From: an uncultured Candidatus Peribacteria bacterium
GTDB lineage: Bacteria; Patescibacteriota; Gracilibacteria; Absconditabacterales; Absconditicoccaceae
Direction of reading: 5' to 3'
Length of the DNA stretch: 64,000 bases
Assembly: GCA_964545415.1 (NCBI GenBank)
Contig: CAZJFP010000001.1
Span: 9,786 to 73,785 of the forward strand
Position numbers and translations under genes: made by a program. Positions within the stretch are counted from its first letter, which is position 1, and the number at the start of each line of letters is the position of its first letter. Shown here in pieces: positions 32,453 to 44,370 of this stretch. Under the pieces are notes generated by a model, which saw only the letters and a list, made by a program, of their open reading frames with translations, made no database searches and had not been told where the DNA came from.

Positions 32453-33850
32453 TTATCCTAATTCTTTTGCATATTGTTGAAAAAAAATTCACTTCTCCTC
32501 GAAATTTTTCCAGAGCGTATAGCTCGGAGATGCTGTGGAAAGCAAGCAGATCTTTCCATTTTTAGTGTATTTATAGGCAAACTTCACTGCTTCCTTCATA
32601 TCATTGGTCTGAAATATCCTAATCCAAACAACTTCTTTTCCAATGGGTATTTCCTGACTTTTTATTGCATCTGCTATTCTCTTGCCCGAATCAGGGAATG
32701 CTACTACATTCCTGATGCGGTATTTACGAAGTGTTTTTATCAAATCATCGAAGACATATCCCCTATCCGTCCCTCACAAGAAGATGGTATCTATATCTTT
32801 GCCAAATGTCTTGATCGCTTGGATAGTGCTTTCCGGAGTCGTTGAGATTGCGTCGTCGATCCGGATGATCCCCCCATATTTTCCTATATATTCCATTCTA
32901 TGAGGCAATCCGTTGAATGCCTTCAGCGTATCTTTGAGTATATTTGGATGTATCTTCATAATAGCACAAACCCCCAAAACTGCAGAGATATTCATCATAT
33001 TATGTTCTCCTTGGAGCAAGATACCTTCATCACTAAATGTTTTGTCTTTCTTGACTAGGAATTCTCCGTCTTTGTATGCATACGTTCCCTTATGTCAGAA
33101 TGTATGGATATTGAATTCCTTGATCTGTTCCTTCGTAAAATCATGTTTTTCCAGTATTTCATCCCTCAATAGATTATACATACTACCATTGAGCAGATTC
33201 ATCTTCGCATTTTTATAGTTTTCGAATCCATTATGCCAATCTATATGATCCGCATAGATATTGAGTAGGACACTGATATAATTTTTTTTGGTGAGTCATT
33301 CCAACATATAACTGGATATTTCACACACAGCATATTCATCCTTTTGGGATTCGGGATGCTCGATATCCAAATAATTCAAGACAGGATTCCCTATATTTCC
33401 TATAAGTTTCACGTTTTTTCCAGAACGTTTTATAGTTTCATAAATCAACGTGGATGTCGTCGATTTTCCTTTGGTCCCTGAAACGGCAATAATTTTTCCC
33501 TGATAATGATCAAAGAATATCTGTACCTGTGAAGTTATCTTTTTTCTAAAGGGATATATCTTTTCGTGATAGAGTGATATTCACGGTGTTTTGATGATGA
33601 GATCGAAAGTCTTGAGATTATCCAGATATTTATCTCAGAATATCAGATTAAATTCAGGATCTATACCGAATGTCTGGCTGAGATATTCAAAATTTGCTGC
33701 CAATCATTCTATCTTTTTAGCAGCATCAAGTATAGTGATATTCCTTGTCGGAACTCCGATCATCAAGAGAAATTGGAGTGAGGATTTTCACTCCCTCCCA
33801 TATCAGAGAATAGCTATTTTTTTATTGTGAAATTCCTCAAAACCGTTCAT
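32453..33850 (-). CDS. murD: UDP-N-acetylmuramoylalanine--glutamate ligase (MurD-type Mur ligase)
   Basis: This 466-codon ORF is joined through TGA. Motifs are IAILGYGREGKS, AVSGTKGKSTTSTL and GLPHRMEYI. The track stop at 32489 is TGA; the real stop is TAA at 32453-32455. Confidence 0.8.
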
Positions 33851-33952
33851 ATATCTACGTGAAGATATAAGGATTTTATTACTTCGAATATAGTCATCCC
33901 CTCGTGAAATGCAATTGCATTATCCTTGATTTCACCGTTCCAATAGATATCT

Positions 33953-35341
33953 ATGGAAATGAATTTATTTTTCCTGTTTGAGGAAATGAAAGCTTTTCAG
34001 ACCTTCTTTTTTGATGGATATGCCTTTGATCCTACCACCCTCAAAGCGTCTTTTTTCTATTCCTTCGACAAGGAAGTCAATTTTATGGAAACCATCGATT
34101 TCGCTTGCCCCGAATTTACACCAATCAAAGATATCGACCCTGAAATCATGAATACCCTTCTCTTCCATCTTTCTCTGGCGCTTGGTATCAGCTATTATAA
34201 GCTTTATCCTACCAAAGATTTGATTGTAGAGAACGGCAAACTCACGGATTACCAAAAAGCCTTCCGGAAGACCTTTTATATTCAGGGATTAGGAGAGTTT
34301 TTCTTTACCAATGCGCTTTCCCCGAAAGGACTCGTGAATTTCATAGATGGAGCCAAAGATTCACCCAAAAAACCTTTCGCTCCTCATTCAGCTATGACTA
34401 TGATAGCTATTGGTGGCGGAAAAGACAGCCTCGTTAGCGTTGAATTGGTCAAAAAACTCCAAATACCTTTTTATACCTCAACCTTCGGCAAGGATTACTA
34501 TCTCCACCAAGTTGTCGGCAAAAAGATAGGAGTTCCAAGATTATTCATGCAAAGGACCATGGATCCGAAATTGTTTGAGATGAACAAACAAGGATATTAT
34601 AACGGCCACGTACCTATCAGCGGCATCATCGCTTTTGTGTTGGTAACTGCTGCTTACCTGTACGATTATCGCTATATCATCATGTCCAACGAAAAAAGCG
34701 CCAACGAAGGGAATACTGTCATGGATGGCATCGAAATCAATCATCAACGATCCAAAAGTTATCAATTCGAATCAGATTTTTCCGACTATTGCAAGAAATA
34801 TCTTTCCCCTGATGTAAGCTATTTCAGTCTCCTCAGAGGTATGTACGAGATCACTATAGCGAAGCGCTTTAGTCAGTACAAGCACTATTTTGATCTCTTT
34901 AGCAGCTGCAACAACAATTTCAAGATCATAGAAGACAACAAGACCACTACCGATCGCCGATGCGGTCGTTGCCCGAAATGCGCTTTCGTCTATACGACCC
35001 TGAGGCCATTCATCAGTGATGAGGACACCCAAAGGATTTTCGGCCAAGAATTGTATGATAATAAGGAATTACTCGGTCTCTACAAAGAACTCCTCGGTAT
35101 AGAAAGTATCAAACCGTTCGAATGTGTCGGAACGAATGAAGAAGTCACGTATGCGATGTATCTCCAGTATCAAAAAATAAAAGATTCCTCTCAGATCCCT
35201 CCGATCCTGGAAATGTTCAAAAACGATGTTTTGCCTAGATTATCAACAGAAGATCTCATCCTCCTCGAAAAAAAGCTTTTCACCATCTATTCTGAAGAGA
35301 CCAATATTCCTCCATATTTTCAAAAAGCACTCATTGAATAA
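33953..35341 (+). CDS. PP-loop (adenine nucleotide alpha-hydrolase-like) protein, possible MurL-type epimerase
   Basis: The motif IAIGGGKDSLVS is like the SGGKDS PP-loop. It also has a CGRCPKC cysteine cluster. It lies divergent from and adjacent to murD. The function is inferred only. Confidence 0.45.
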   Translation: MEMNLFFLFEEMKAFQTFFFDGYAFDPTTLKASFFYSFDKEVNFMETIDFACPEFTPIKDIDPEIMNTLLFHLSLALGISYYKLYPTKDLIVENGKLTDYQKAFRKTFYIQGLGEFFFTNALSPKGLVNFIDGAKDSPKKPFAPHSAMTMIAIGGGKDSLVSVELVKKLQIPFYTSTFGKDYYLHQVVGKKIGVPRLFMQRTMDPKLFEMNKQGYYNGHVPISGIIAFVLVTAAYLYDYRYIIMSNEKSANEGNTVMDGIEINHQRSKSYQFESDFSDYCKKYLSPDVSYFSLLRGMYEITIAKRFSQYKHYFDLFSSCNNNFKIIEDNKTTTDRRCGRCPKCAFVYTTLRPFISDEDTQRIFGQELYDNKELLGLYKELLGIESIKPFECVGTNEEVTYAMYLQYQKIKDSSQIPPILEMFKNDVLPRLSTEDLILLEKKLFTIYSEETNIPPYFQKALIE

Positions 35342-35497
35342 TATCAGAAAATAGATCGATTACTTCAATTTATAAACATATTAAATATATTTTTATTACA
35401 CTGTCAATCTAATGTGGATACAATGACAGTGTTTTTTTGATTATTCGCCCATCGAGAATATAATAGTAACGTACATTATTTCTTTACTGTTTGAACG

Positions 35498-38203
35498 ATG
35501 GCAATGATCAAAAACCTCACTCAACATTCACCGATGCTTACTCTGCTCAAGAGATTCCTCTTTGGGCTCATTCTGCTTTTGTGTGGATTTGTAGCAACCT
35601 TCAGATTTCTCCATGCGGATAGCCTCCCTTTTGAGGATGATCTGACAACCATCTTCCCTTGGATAGATACGGGGAATTACACCAACACCTACTTCAAATT
35701 TGGAGGAAACGATTTTGTGGGTATCATTTTCCGAGAAGGAACTGAAACACTTTCTACACCAGAAACCGTCAGTATCAACAGCTGAGCTCAAGCCATTTCT
35801 TGTACTCAAAAGCTTAGATGAATCTACTACAACAATCAAAGAGGTTGGGTAATATGGCCTTTGGACACAGGAAACCTTACCACACTACAAACACACCCTT
35901 TGGCTGTAGGATATGGCGACATGAGTATGCAACACGGATTTTATACCAACTGTAGCGCATTGAGTTGAGGATATATTCCAGCAATCAATGAAGTCTACGG
36001 ACAGATAGACCATACGCTCAGCGGAGTGGGGCAATTTCACTTGTTTGCTGGAGTTGAATATGATTTCACCGGCAATGCTATCGTGGTTTGATCATTATTT
36101 GACCATACATTATCTATCATATCTTGAATACACAACGGACATATTTTCGATGATAATTGAGGTATTGCTGAACTTAGCATGAATCTTCCACGATGTGCAA
36201 ATTTTTCTATGGGACCCACAAACTTCCCACAATGATCTACCGCAACATTCATTTGTGAAGGAAATAGTATAGCAGGATACGGTCTCAGCATACGATCTGG
36301 AGGCATTCAACCCATGTACAATAATTCTACATCCAATACGGGTTCAACACAACGATGGCTTACAGGAAATACTCTTCCTGTTGGAAACTATACTGCACAA
36401 TGCCTTATATTACTGAGCTGAGGCGGAGGAATGCCATGTGGATGATCACTTCCTTTCCAAGTGACTGGTACAGGAACTATTCCTACTACAGGAACTGCCT
36501 GTGATGCAAACTTCCAAGGAGAGATAAGTTTCTTACCATTATCTGCAGGGCAATTTATCACTAACCCTTCATTGGGAACATATTATACCAACAAAACAGG
36601 TATCATACTTCAACGGGCAGCTACACAGCCTAATCAAATATCTATTTCATGAGATTTGACACCACAGATTTCTTCCAATTATACGGGAGATGATATGTTT
36701 ACCGATATAGCATCTTATCCTGTTTCTCTTACCAAGATTGATGATTGGAATTATTTCTATAGCACCTACACAACTACTGGTTCTACAGGAACATGTACCT
36801 ATACTGATGCCACCAAGAGAATGTTTATGGATACTGTTCCTCCTACTAGTCCTACAATAACTACACCGGCAAATGGATCTTATCTATGTCCTTCTACTCC
36901 TATGACCGTAACATGGACACCTTCAACTGACACAGGTTCACTCCTCTCTCATTATGCATATGAAATTTACAGCAATACAGGTATGACAACCATCGTCCTT
37001 AGTGGAACCGTTCCTAACACAATCACCACAACACAGATAGCTACACAATCTCTTCCTTTGGGAACATATTATCTCAGAATAGCCGCAGTGGATAATGTTG
37101 GATTGAGATGATATTCAACAGGGGTTACCTTCACAACATCATCAAGCTATTGCTCTGCAGGAACAGGTATCATGATTGTTAGTCCAGTAATATCCATCAC
37201 GAATGCAAATCTCGACACCGTTTATAGATCAGATCCTATCTATATCTTTGGACTCACAGGACCTACCCTACTCACTATTTCCAAATGAATGCTTTTCATC
37301 AACAACGGTACTGGAGTAGGAACTACAGGTATAGTAACCTCTAACGATACTATCCATATTGAGCTTATTTCAAGCAATGAACACGATACTACTATTTCCT
37401 CACAACTTACTATCCTCAACAAGACAGGAACCTTTTCTGTTACCACCAAGGATAGCGATTGTGTGTTAAGCGCTTCTGAGAGATTAGTTATCCAAAATAT
37501 CTATGCTGAACTAAAGGACGAATATAACAATGATATCTCAAAATATTCAGAATTTTTGACCACCTTCCAAAGCATGGTTGAAGATGAATCCAACCTCAGC
37601 AATAGCTGTACGCTCGAATACCTCCTTCAACTTATTGAAGATGATTTTGGATCTGAATGAATTAATACAAAGGATCACATTACCCCAAATTGCAAAGAAT
37701 ACACTATAGGATATGATGTAACAGAATGAGCATATTACTCGCCTGATATGATGAACAGATATTATTTCATCAACCGCGAATCGCTCATCAGACATCTCGA
37801 TTATTACAACCCAGGCGATTGTCATATCAATACCTACGGAACCAATTATCGATCATCAAGCGAGAATCCTATGCTTCATGTAGCTCCTAACGGTAAGATC
37901 TATCATCTCATAGGGCAGTATGGCGGATATTCTGCAGAGGAATTTATCAGCCCTAAATATTTCGATTCATTGCAAGGTATCAAGACATACATCGATCTAA
38001 AAAATCCAGCAAAAGATATTTGGAAGCACACTTTGGATACTGCATTCATTCCCATCGTCTATGCAGCACCCAATGGCAAGGAATATAAGATCTACAAGAC
38101 AGACAGAGGATTTATGTCTTACAAGCTCATGAAAGTGAGATACTTCTCAAGCCTTTGAGAGCTCAAAAGCTATATCGACAAGAATAATCCAAGCAAACGA
38201 TAA
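35498..38203 (+). CDS. Giant secreted/surface protein 1 (901 aa) with FN3-like module and triple C-terminal repeat
   Basis: Track ORFs 35498, 36461, 36656, 37289 and 37748 all share frame 2 and are joined by TGA (checked). It has an N-terminal TM/signal segment. The FN3-like block is PMTVTWTPSTDTGS...YAYEIYS...GTYYLRIAAVDNVGL. Confidence 0.75.
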
Positions 38204-38245
38204 TACTCAATTACAAATTTATCATTTATCATCTATCATTTAGGT

Positions 38246-41200
38246 ATGAAGTTACCATTTCATTACATCAGACATGCACAAAAGACCTTCGATCATTTCC
38301 ATAGGAATATGCATCATGCTTTTGTGATTATCGTGTGAGCTATTATAGGAATGCTCCGATGAGCATCACATCTTTTCCTACCGACACATGCCACACGGCA
38401 ACGATGAGGATTTATCACGAGCGATTTCCGATATCAGAGCCCAAGCCAATGAAACATCAAATATGCGCTTTTTGGAGATGGGACACCTTGATCAACTGCG
38501 TACACCAATATATGGAATAGTAGTTGTATACCTACGAATCCTATACAATATATTTCCTCTTTATCATGAACTACCCTGTCAGACAATACTATATATGTCG
38601 TAAATTCCGGAACCTATACACTTACCAGTCCACTCATCATAGGCAACTGCTCGGCAATCATCTGAATCGGTGAGGTTGTCATCAACGCTAACGGGTATCC
38701 TATCGAAATACAGAACGGACAGAATATCATCATCGACAATATTGCATTCGACGGACAGAATACCGTATCACAAGGGATCATTGTAAACACCTGAACAAAC
38801 ATAACCTTCAACGGAATAGACGTATACCACAATACATGATATGGAATATATACCACCAACACTAACAACATATTATTCGATAATTCGAACATCTATGACA
38901 ACAGCAGTATCGGAATAGCTGTTTCCAACAACACAACCATAAACAATTCAAAAATCTATAATAACAGTGAGGGCTTGGTCATAAATCAATACAGCAACAA
39001 TACTATAAACAATTCACAGATTTACAACAATACCAAGTGAGTAAGAATTGGGTATTATACATCTACGCCGATGTGTCCTGTAAATACGGCATGTGTTCGA
39101 TGCTCCACTATCGATTTGAAAAACACGATAAACAATACCATCATATACAACAACGATAATGGTATCTATATAGATAAATGTTTATCTATGGGTAATCAAT
39201 CGTATGATTTCAATCGTATATACTATCTTAATGATACAAAGATATACAATAATGGGACATGAATAGCAGAAATTGCTAATTTTGGATCCGGATTTACGAT
39301 GTCATATTATTGAACACTAAGAGTATTTGGAAATGATGTATTCACGTGAGGTGTAATTTCTCATCTCACTCCAGGATTACTTCCCTCACCCGTAACTACA
39401 CGATCTGCATGATCACTTGACGCTACACCTACATCAATGACCTATGATCGAGTAACCAACCCTCAGAACGGTAGCTGACAATGGATGCTCAATGGAATAT
39501 TGACTGAACTCAGAGGAATTCAGACGTTCGATGTCACACGTCCGATCAGATATATCTTTTGATTGAATATATCCAAGCAGATCGTTCCTGTCCGGTTCAA
39601 TTCTTCCAGTCTGGAGGCATATGGATCCGACGGAGCGGAGTATTTCACAACAAAATATATTACTGAGCCCTCATCCATACTTTCCTTCAACCAGCAGAAT
39701 CTCGTTCAGCAATATTTTTGATCCTGATCAGCTTTCACCGAAAATCGGGAAACCAATTGATGTTCACTTTCTGCCTTCCAAGTAAAGGAACTCACTGGCG
39801 GAACTTTTTCCTCTACCTATGCTTTTGAAGATCATACTATATATATCCTTACTGGTGGTGAATATAGATCGGCGCTTTCATTAGGTTATCCTTTTGTTTT
39901 TAATGGAAACTGTATTGCACTCGTAGGGACAGATACTACGAGATTCACCAAAAATGGATGATCCGGTATCCTTGGTATGTTGTATGCTGACAACAAGCAC
40001 AACATCATCATTGACAACATCAAGGTCGATGCGGAATATTATGGTACGAACTCTGTCTCTTGACCAGCAGCAGTCGGAATCAAGCTTGATGGCGCAAGCA
40101 ACAACAACACATTAAACAATATCCAAGTATACAATACATCAGAATACGGAATCTATCTCGGTCTCGGATCGCATCACAACACTATCATCAATGCACAGAT
40201 ATTCAACCATGCTCTAGCGGGTATTTATCTGTATTATGCATCCAATTATAATGTCATCAACAATACGCAGGTGTACAACAATACTGCTTATGGAATCTGG
40301 TTCGCTAACGGATCCAGCAAAAACACTATGAACAACTTCCAAGCATACAATAACCAAATCGGTATATTCTGAGATCTTACCACCAAGGAGAATGTTCTCA
40401 ATAGAGCTGCTATCTACAACAACAGCGAAGCGGGTATCTATTTCAAAAACGCTTCAGGAAATGCACTCAATGACGTTATGATCTACAACAATACCAAAGG
40501 TATCAAGGCATTATATAGCTCTAACAACAACAAATATTATGGCGAATTGAAATTTTTCGCCAACACTTCAGATCTCGATGGTACCGATGCAAATGATGGA
40601 TATCTTGCTCCAGGAACGGCAGGACTTTTTCCTTACGAAGGAACGTTGATCACAGGAACGACCGCTATGTCGTGTTTATACGCTACCAATCCTACCCGTT
40701 CGGGCGATTCTATTACCCTGCTCAATAGCAGCTGTAACAATAGCTGATATAATAGTTCATTCATCTCACAATACAATACCTATACCAATTATATGTTCGG
40801 TCTCGGTATATACAAACAAAGCATACCTATCAGATACGAAAGTGGAAATACACAACCCGTACAAATCCCTTCACAATATGACGCAAACAAATACATCGCT
40901 GAGCTCTTCGCTATTCGAGATACTTATCCTGAATATGTAGGATTTGCTTCTACAGGATCTGCACCACTGAATAGCTGGTATACAACAGAAGTATATACGG
41001 CAGGAACGGTGAATATCCCTGTCCTTGCTACGCTCTCCTTTGAGCCGAGTACAACTTCGTGATATCTCATCATCAGCTGAACAACATTAACAACACTGAC
41101 CGGCATGGTAAATAACGGTGATCCTATCCAAGTAAAATTACTCACTCAACCATGATATAACCAAACGATTACTGGTACCATTACGATAGGAACAGCTCCT

Positions 41201-42931
41201 ACCGCAACGTTTACTATCACTACCAGAGACTATAGCCAAACACCTGCCACAGGATCATTTGCATTTGCAAACTTTACGAGTATACCCCTAGATACATTCA
41301 CCGGTAGCACCGTTACGATCGCAGGCATTGAAACTGGCGTATTAGCATCTATTGCCTTTGTTCCTACAACGACTTCGTGACGGCTGGAGATCTACTCGTG
41401 AGGAATACTCGTGAATTCATGAACGACCGGTCTACTCGTCCACAATGGCAATCAGATCAAAGCTATTGCACAAAGCAGTTCAGGATATTCACAAACAGTA
41501 ACTGGGTATGTCACTATAGGACTCTGAACCGGTATGTTTACCATCAAGACCAAATGATCTGACGTCACTCCTCCTACCGCCCCTACACTGACGTATCCAT
41601 TGACTGGAGAAGAACTCTTCTTTGTAACTTGGGAATGGACTGGAGCTACCGATACGGGATCAGGTATCGAAGGATATGTCTATCAAATTGCTGAAGATAG
41701 TTCATTTACTGATATCGTAGATACTGGATTTATAGCTACTACAGGAACATTTGGACGGCCAAGCACTGCATTTGATGCAACTAGCGATACGTTCTATCGA
41801 AGACTCCAGGCAAGAGATAGGGATGGCAATCTTTCCTCACGAAGCAATGCTGGACGTTTTGAAGCGATAGATTCTGATGAACGAAATTTTGATGAAATAG
41901 AAAACGCAAATCTCAGGACCTATTATGATTCCAATGAAATCACCCTGGAAGGTATCAAGGACGGCCTTTCTCTCCAGGCTACTATCGATAACAACGGAAC
42001 GCTCTATGAAAACGAAAATGAAAAAGGTACAGGAACTTTGATCCAAAATGATGATACCTTATTCATCAATCTCAGATCAAGCAATAGATATGACAAAACC
42101 GTTTCTTCAATCCTTACGATAGCAAATAGGGAACTCGAATTTACTGTTACTACCAAAGAGCAATCTGATGACGGATGTACGCTTAACGAAGATGATGAAA
42201 CCACGATCCAAGATATCTTCGATGGTCTTGTAGAAAATTATTCATGAGATGAAAATATGTATGAAGAATTCCTCTACACGATGCAAAGCATGTTAGAAGA
42301 TGAAATCGATTTTACCAATGATTGTAATCTTCAGTATCTCCAAGATCTCATCAACGATGAAATCTGAATCACCCCTGAAAGTCCGACCGCTACTACAGGC
42401 GCACATATAGCACCTAACTGTAAACAATATACTGTAGCTTTCGATACTACAAGATCTGCATATAGTTCACCGAACTTCAAGGTGGTTACCTATTTTGCAA
42501 ACCGTGATGCACTGACGAGATATATCGATAGCAAGAATCCTGGAGATTGCCATATCACTACCTATGGTGTCTCATCATGGATATTCACCAATACCGATCC
42601 TACAAAGCACATTGCAGCCAATGGAAAAATCTATACCGTACAAACGTCCCCTCAAGGATGATATACATCAAGCGATTTTTCTTCTGCAAAATATTTTTCT
42701 ACCCTCAATGCCCTTCGCGCTTATATCGACACCAATAATCCTCCTCCAGAGGTATGGAATCATCAGGTAGATACCAGTTTCTCTCCGCAAGTATACACTG
42801 CACCAAATGGAAAAGAATATACTATTTATCACACCAACAGAGGATATATGTCCTACAAACTCATGAAAGTAAGATACTTCTCTACTCTAGCAGAATTACA
42901 GGCATATATACAGAAAAACAATACTAGATAA
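38246..42931 (+). CDS. Giant secreted/surface protein 2 (1561 aa) with parallel beta-helix repeats, FN3-like module and the same C-terminal module
   Basis: Frame 2 is open from ATG 38246 to TAA 42929-42931; I walked it across all junctions. It has many N-x-x-I-Y-N-N-type beta-helix repeats. The C-terminal ~450 aa are paralogous to those of gene 35498..38203. Confidence 0.75.
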
Positions 42932-42947
42932 TAAATAGAGAGTAAAG

Positions 42948-42977
42948 AAACCTGACTATGACGTCAGGTTTTTTTTC
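42948..42977. terminator. Intrinsic-terminator-like hairpin after giant surface protein 2
   Basis: The sequence is aaacctgac tatgac gtcaggtttttttt. Confidence 0.6.
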
Positions 42978-43047
42978 TTATATAACAAAAAGGCGAATGA
43001 TATTCGCCCCTACATTTTTTTTTGAATTCTGAATTATGAATTCTGAA

Positions 43048-43584
43048 TTAATTTACTATCTTGTGCATTATTCAGTTAATGAGCTTCGGTGCTCATTCAT
43101 CAGAATAACGCTTTGCAAGCTCGATCATTTCATTGAGCACCACTTCTTTCGGGGTATCCAACTCTTTTCGTTCGGTATACCCAAGCAAAAATATTGCCTG
43201 ATCCAAAGGATCCATCTGATGATATCCGAATGTTTGGATATGTTCATCTACTTTTTGTTCAATCTCTTCTCTATATTTCGTGAAATGGATACCGACCTTG
43301 GATATGTAATCGAAATCGATATCTTCAGCTGGCCGTTCATCAAAGAAACAGTCAGCAAATTCTTTGAAATCTTCCAAAGTATATATCTTCACATACTTTT
43401 CTATTTCTTCCTTGAGCTTTTCTTTTTCCTTGTCATACATCCCCGCATCGGTTTTGAAGACATAATCAATGAATAATGAGTCAGTAAGCACTTTATCCTG
43501 TTGCATCAGATTAACAAAAAAACAATGCTGATACAAATAGGATAACACTATTTTTCTCGCATTGATTCTTTGTTTGATATTCAT
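43048..43584 (-). CDS. nusB: Transcription antitermination factor NusB
   Basis: It has INARKIVLSYLYQ ... LDQAIFLLGYTE ... ELAKRYSDEGAPKLINGIMHKI. Two in-frame TGA codons lie near the 3' end, and the real stop is TAA at 43048-43050. Confidence 0.75.
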
Positions 43585-43682
43585 GAGCTGGGAATAATGA
43601 ACTAAAGAACTACTTCGCAATTTCTAATTTTCAATTTTAAATTTCTAAATTCTGAACTCTACATTCTGAATTCTGAATTAAT

Positions 43683-43913
43683 TTATGCGTCTACTACTTT
43701 TTCCTTGCTCTTGCTCTTGATCGTCAATACTTGTTTCCCTTTGTAATATCAGCAAACTGGACAAACTCTGTGAGAGAGCTTCTTAGCTCCACAGTTTTTG
43801 CATACGGAAATCTTGTAGGTATCTACCATTCTTTGGATATTTAATCCTTCCCATGTCGAATGCCTCTGGCGTCCTTTTGCTTGGGAAATTTTCTTTTTTG
43901 GTCCGATTGTCAT
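43683..43913 (-). CDS. rpmF: 50S ribosomal protein L32
   Basis: This 76-aa ORF is not in the track. It has KGRQRHSTW ... [23 protein letters not shown], with the Gly in CGYY encoded by TGA. Confidence 0.8.
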
Positions 43914-43945
43914 TGTATACTAAAAAAAACGATAAAATGCAGTGA

Positions 43946-44218
43946 TTACTTAACCTCTACGACAGTCTTGAGGTATTTTCTTCCGTCGAATCTTCCTACT
44001 TTTTTCTGTTTGAAAGCGACAGTTCCATCAACTTTTGCATGAACAGAGAAATCACTACCGAGATAGGTGTTTTTTCCACATTCATATTTGGATCCCTTTT
44101 GTCTGATGATGATATTTCCTGCAGTCGCTTTTTGACCACCGAACACCTTCACTCAACGATACTTTGGTTTTGAATCCCTAAGGTTTTTTGCCGATCCACC
44201 GGCCTTTTTGTGTGCCAT
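43946..44218 (-). CDS. rpmA: 50S ribosomal protein L27
   Basis: The sequence [45 protein letters not shown] is the classic L27 N-terminus. Confidence 0.9.
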
Positions 44219-44370
44219 TTGTAAACTATAACTAACGAGTAAAATACGTAATGTAATTCAGTGGGGTTGTATATATGGATTTCCCTAGTATTTTCAAGCT
44301 TTATATATCAAATTGATATATAATCCTCTCATCTGAACGAATTTCAAAACAAATCCCTTCAGCGTTCGAA

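Noticed and set aside
33953-35341. Genes with no TGA at all (33953..35341, 27748..29910, 13865..14491, tsf) as candidates for recent transfer from a standard-code organism.
   Set aside because: A 601-codon stretch of the native rpoC (46129..47934) is also TGA-free. Absence of TGA over such lengths is therefore not exceptional here. Composition looks similar to the neighbours, and I cannot compute statistics.
35498-42931. Diversity-generating retroelement, suggested by two proteins with similar C-termini.
   Set aside because: The shared regions are diverged paralogs at the protein level, not near-identical template and variable repeats with adenine-specific differences. I saw no reverse transcriptase motif (YxDD) in any frame.
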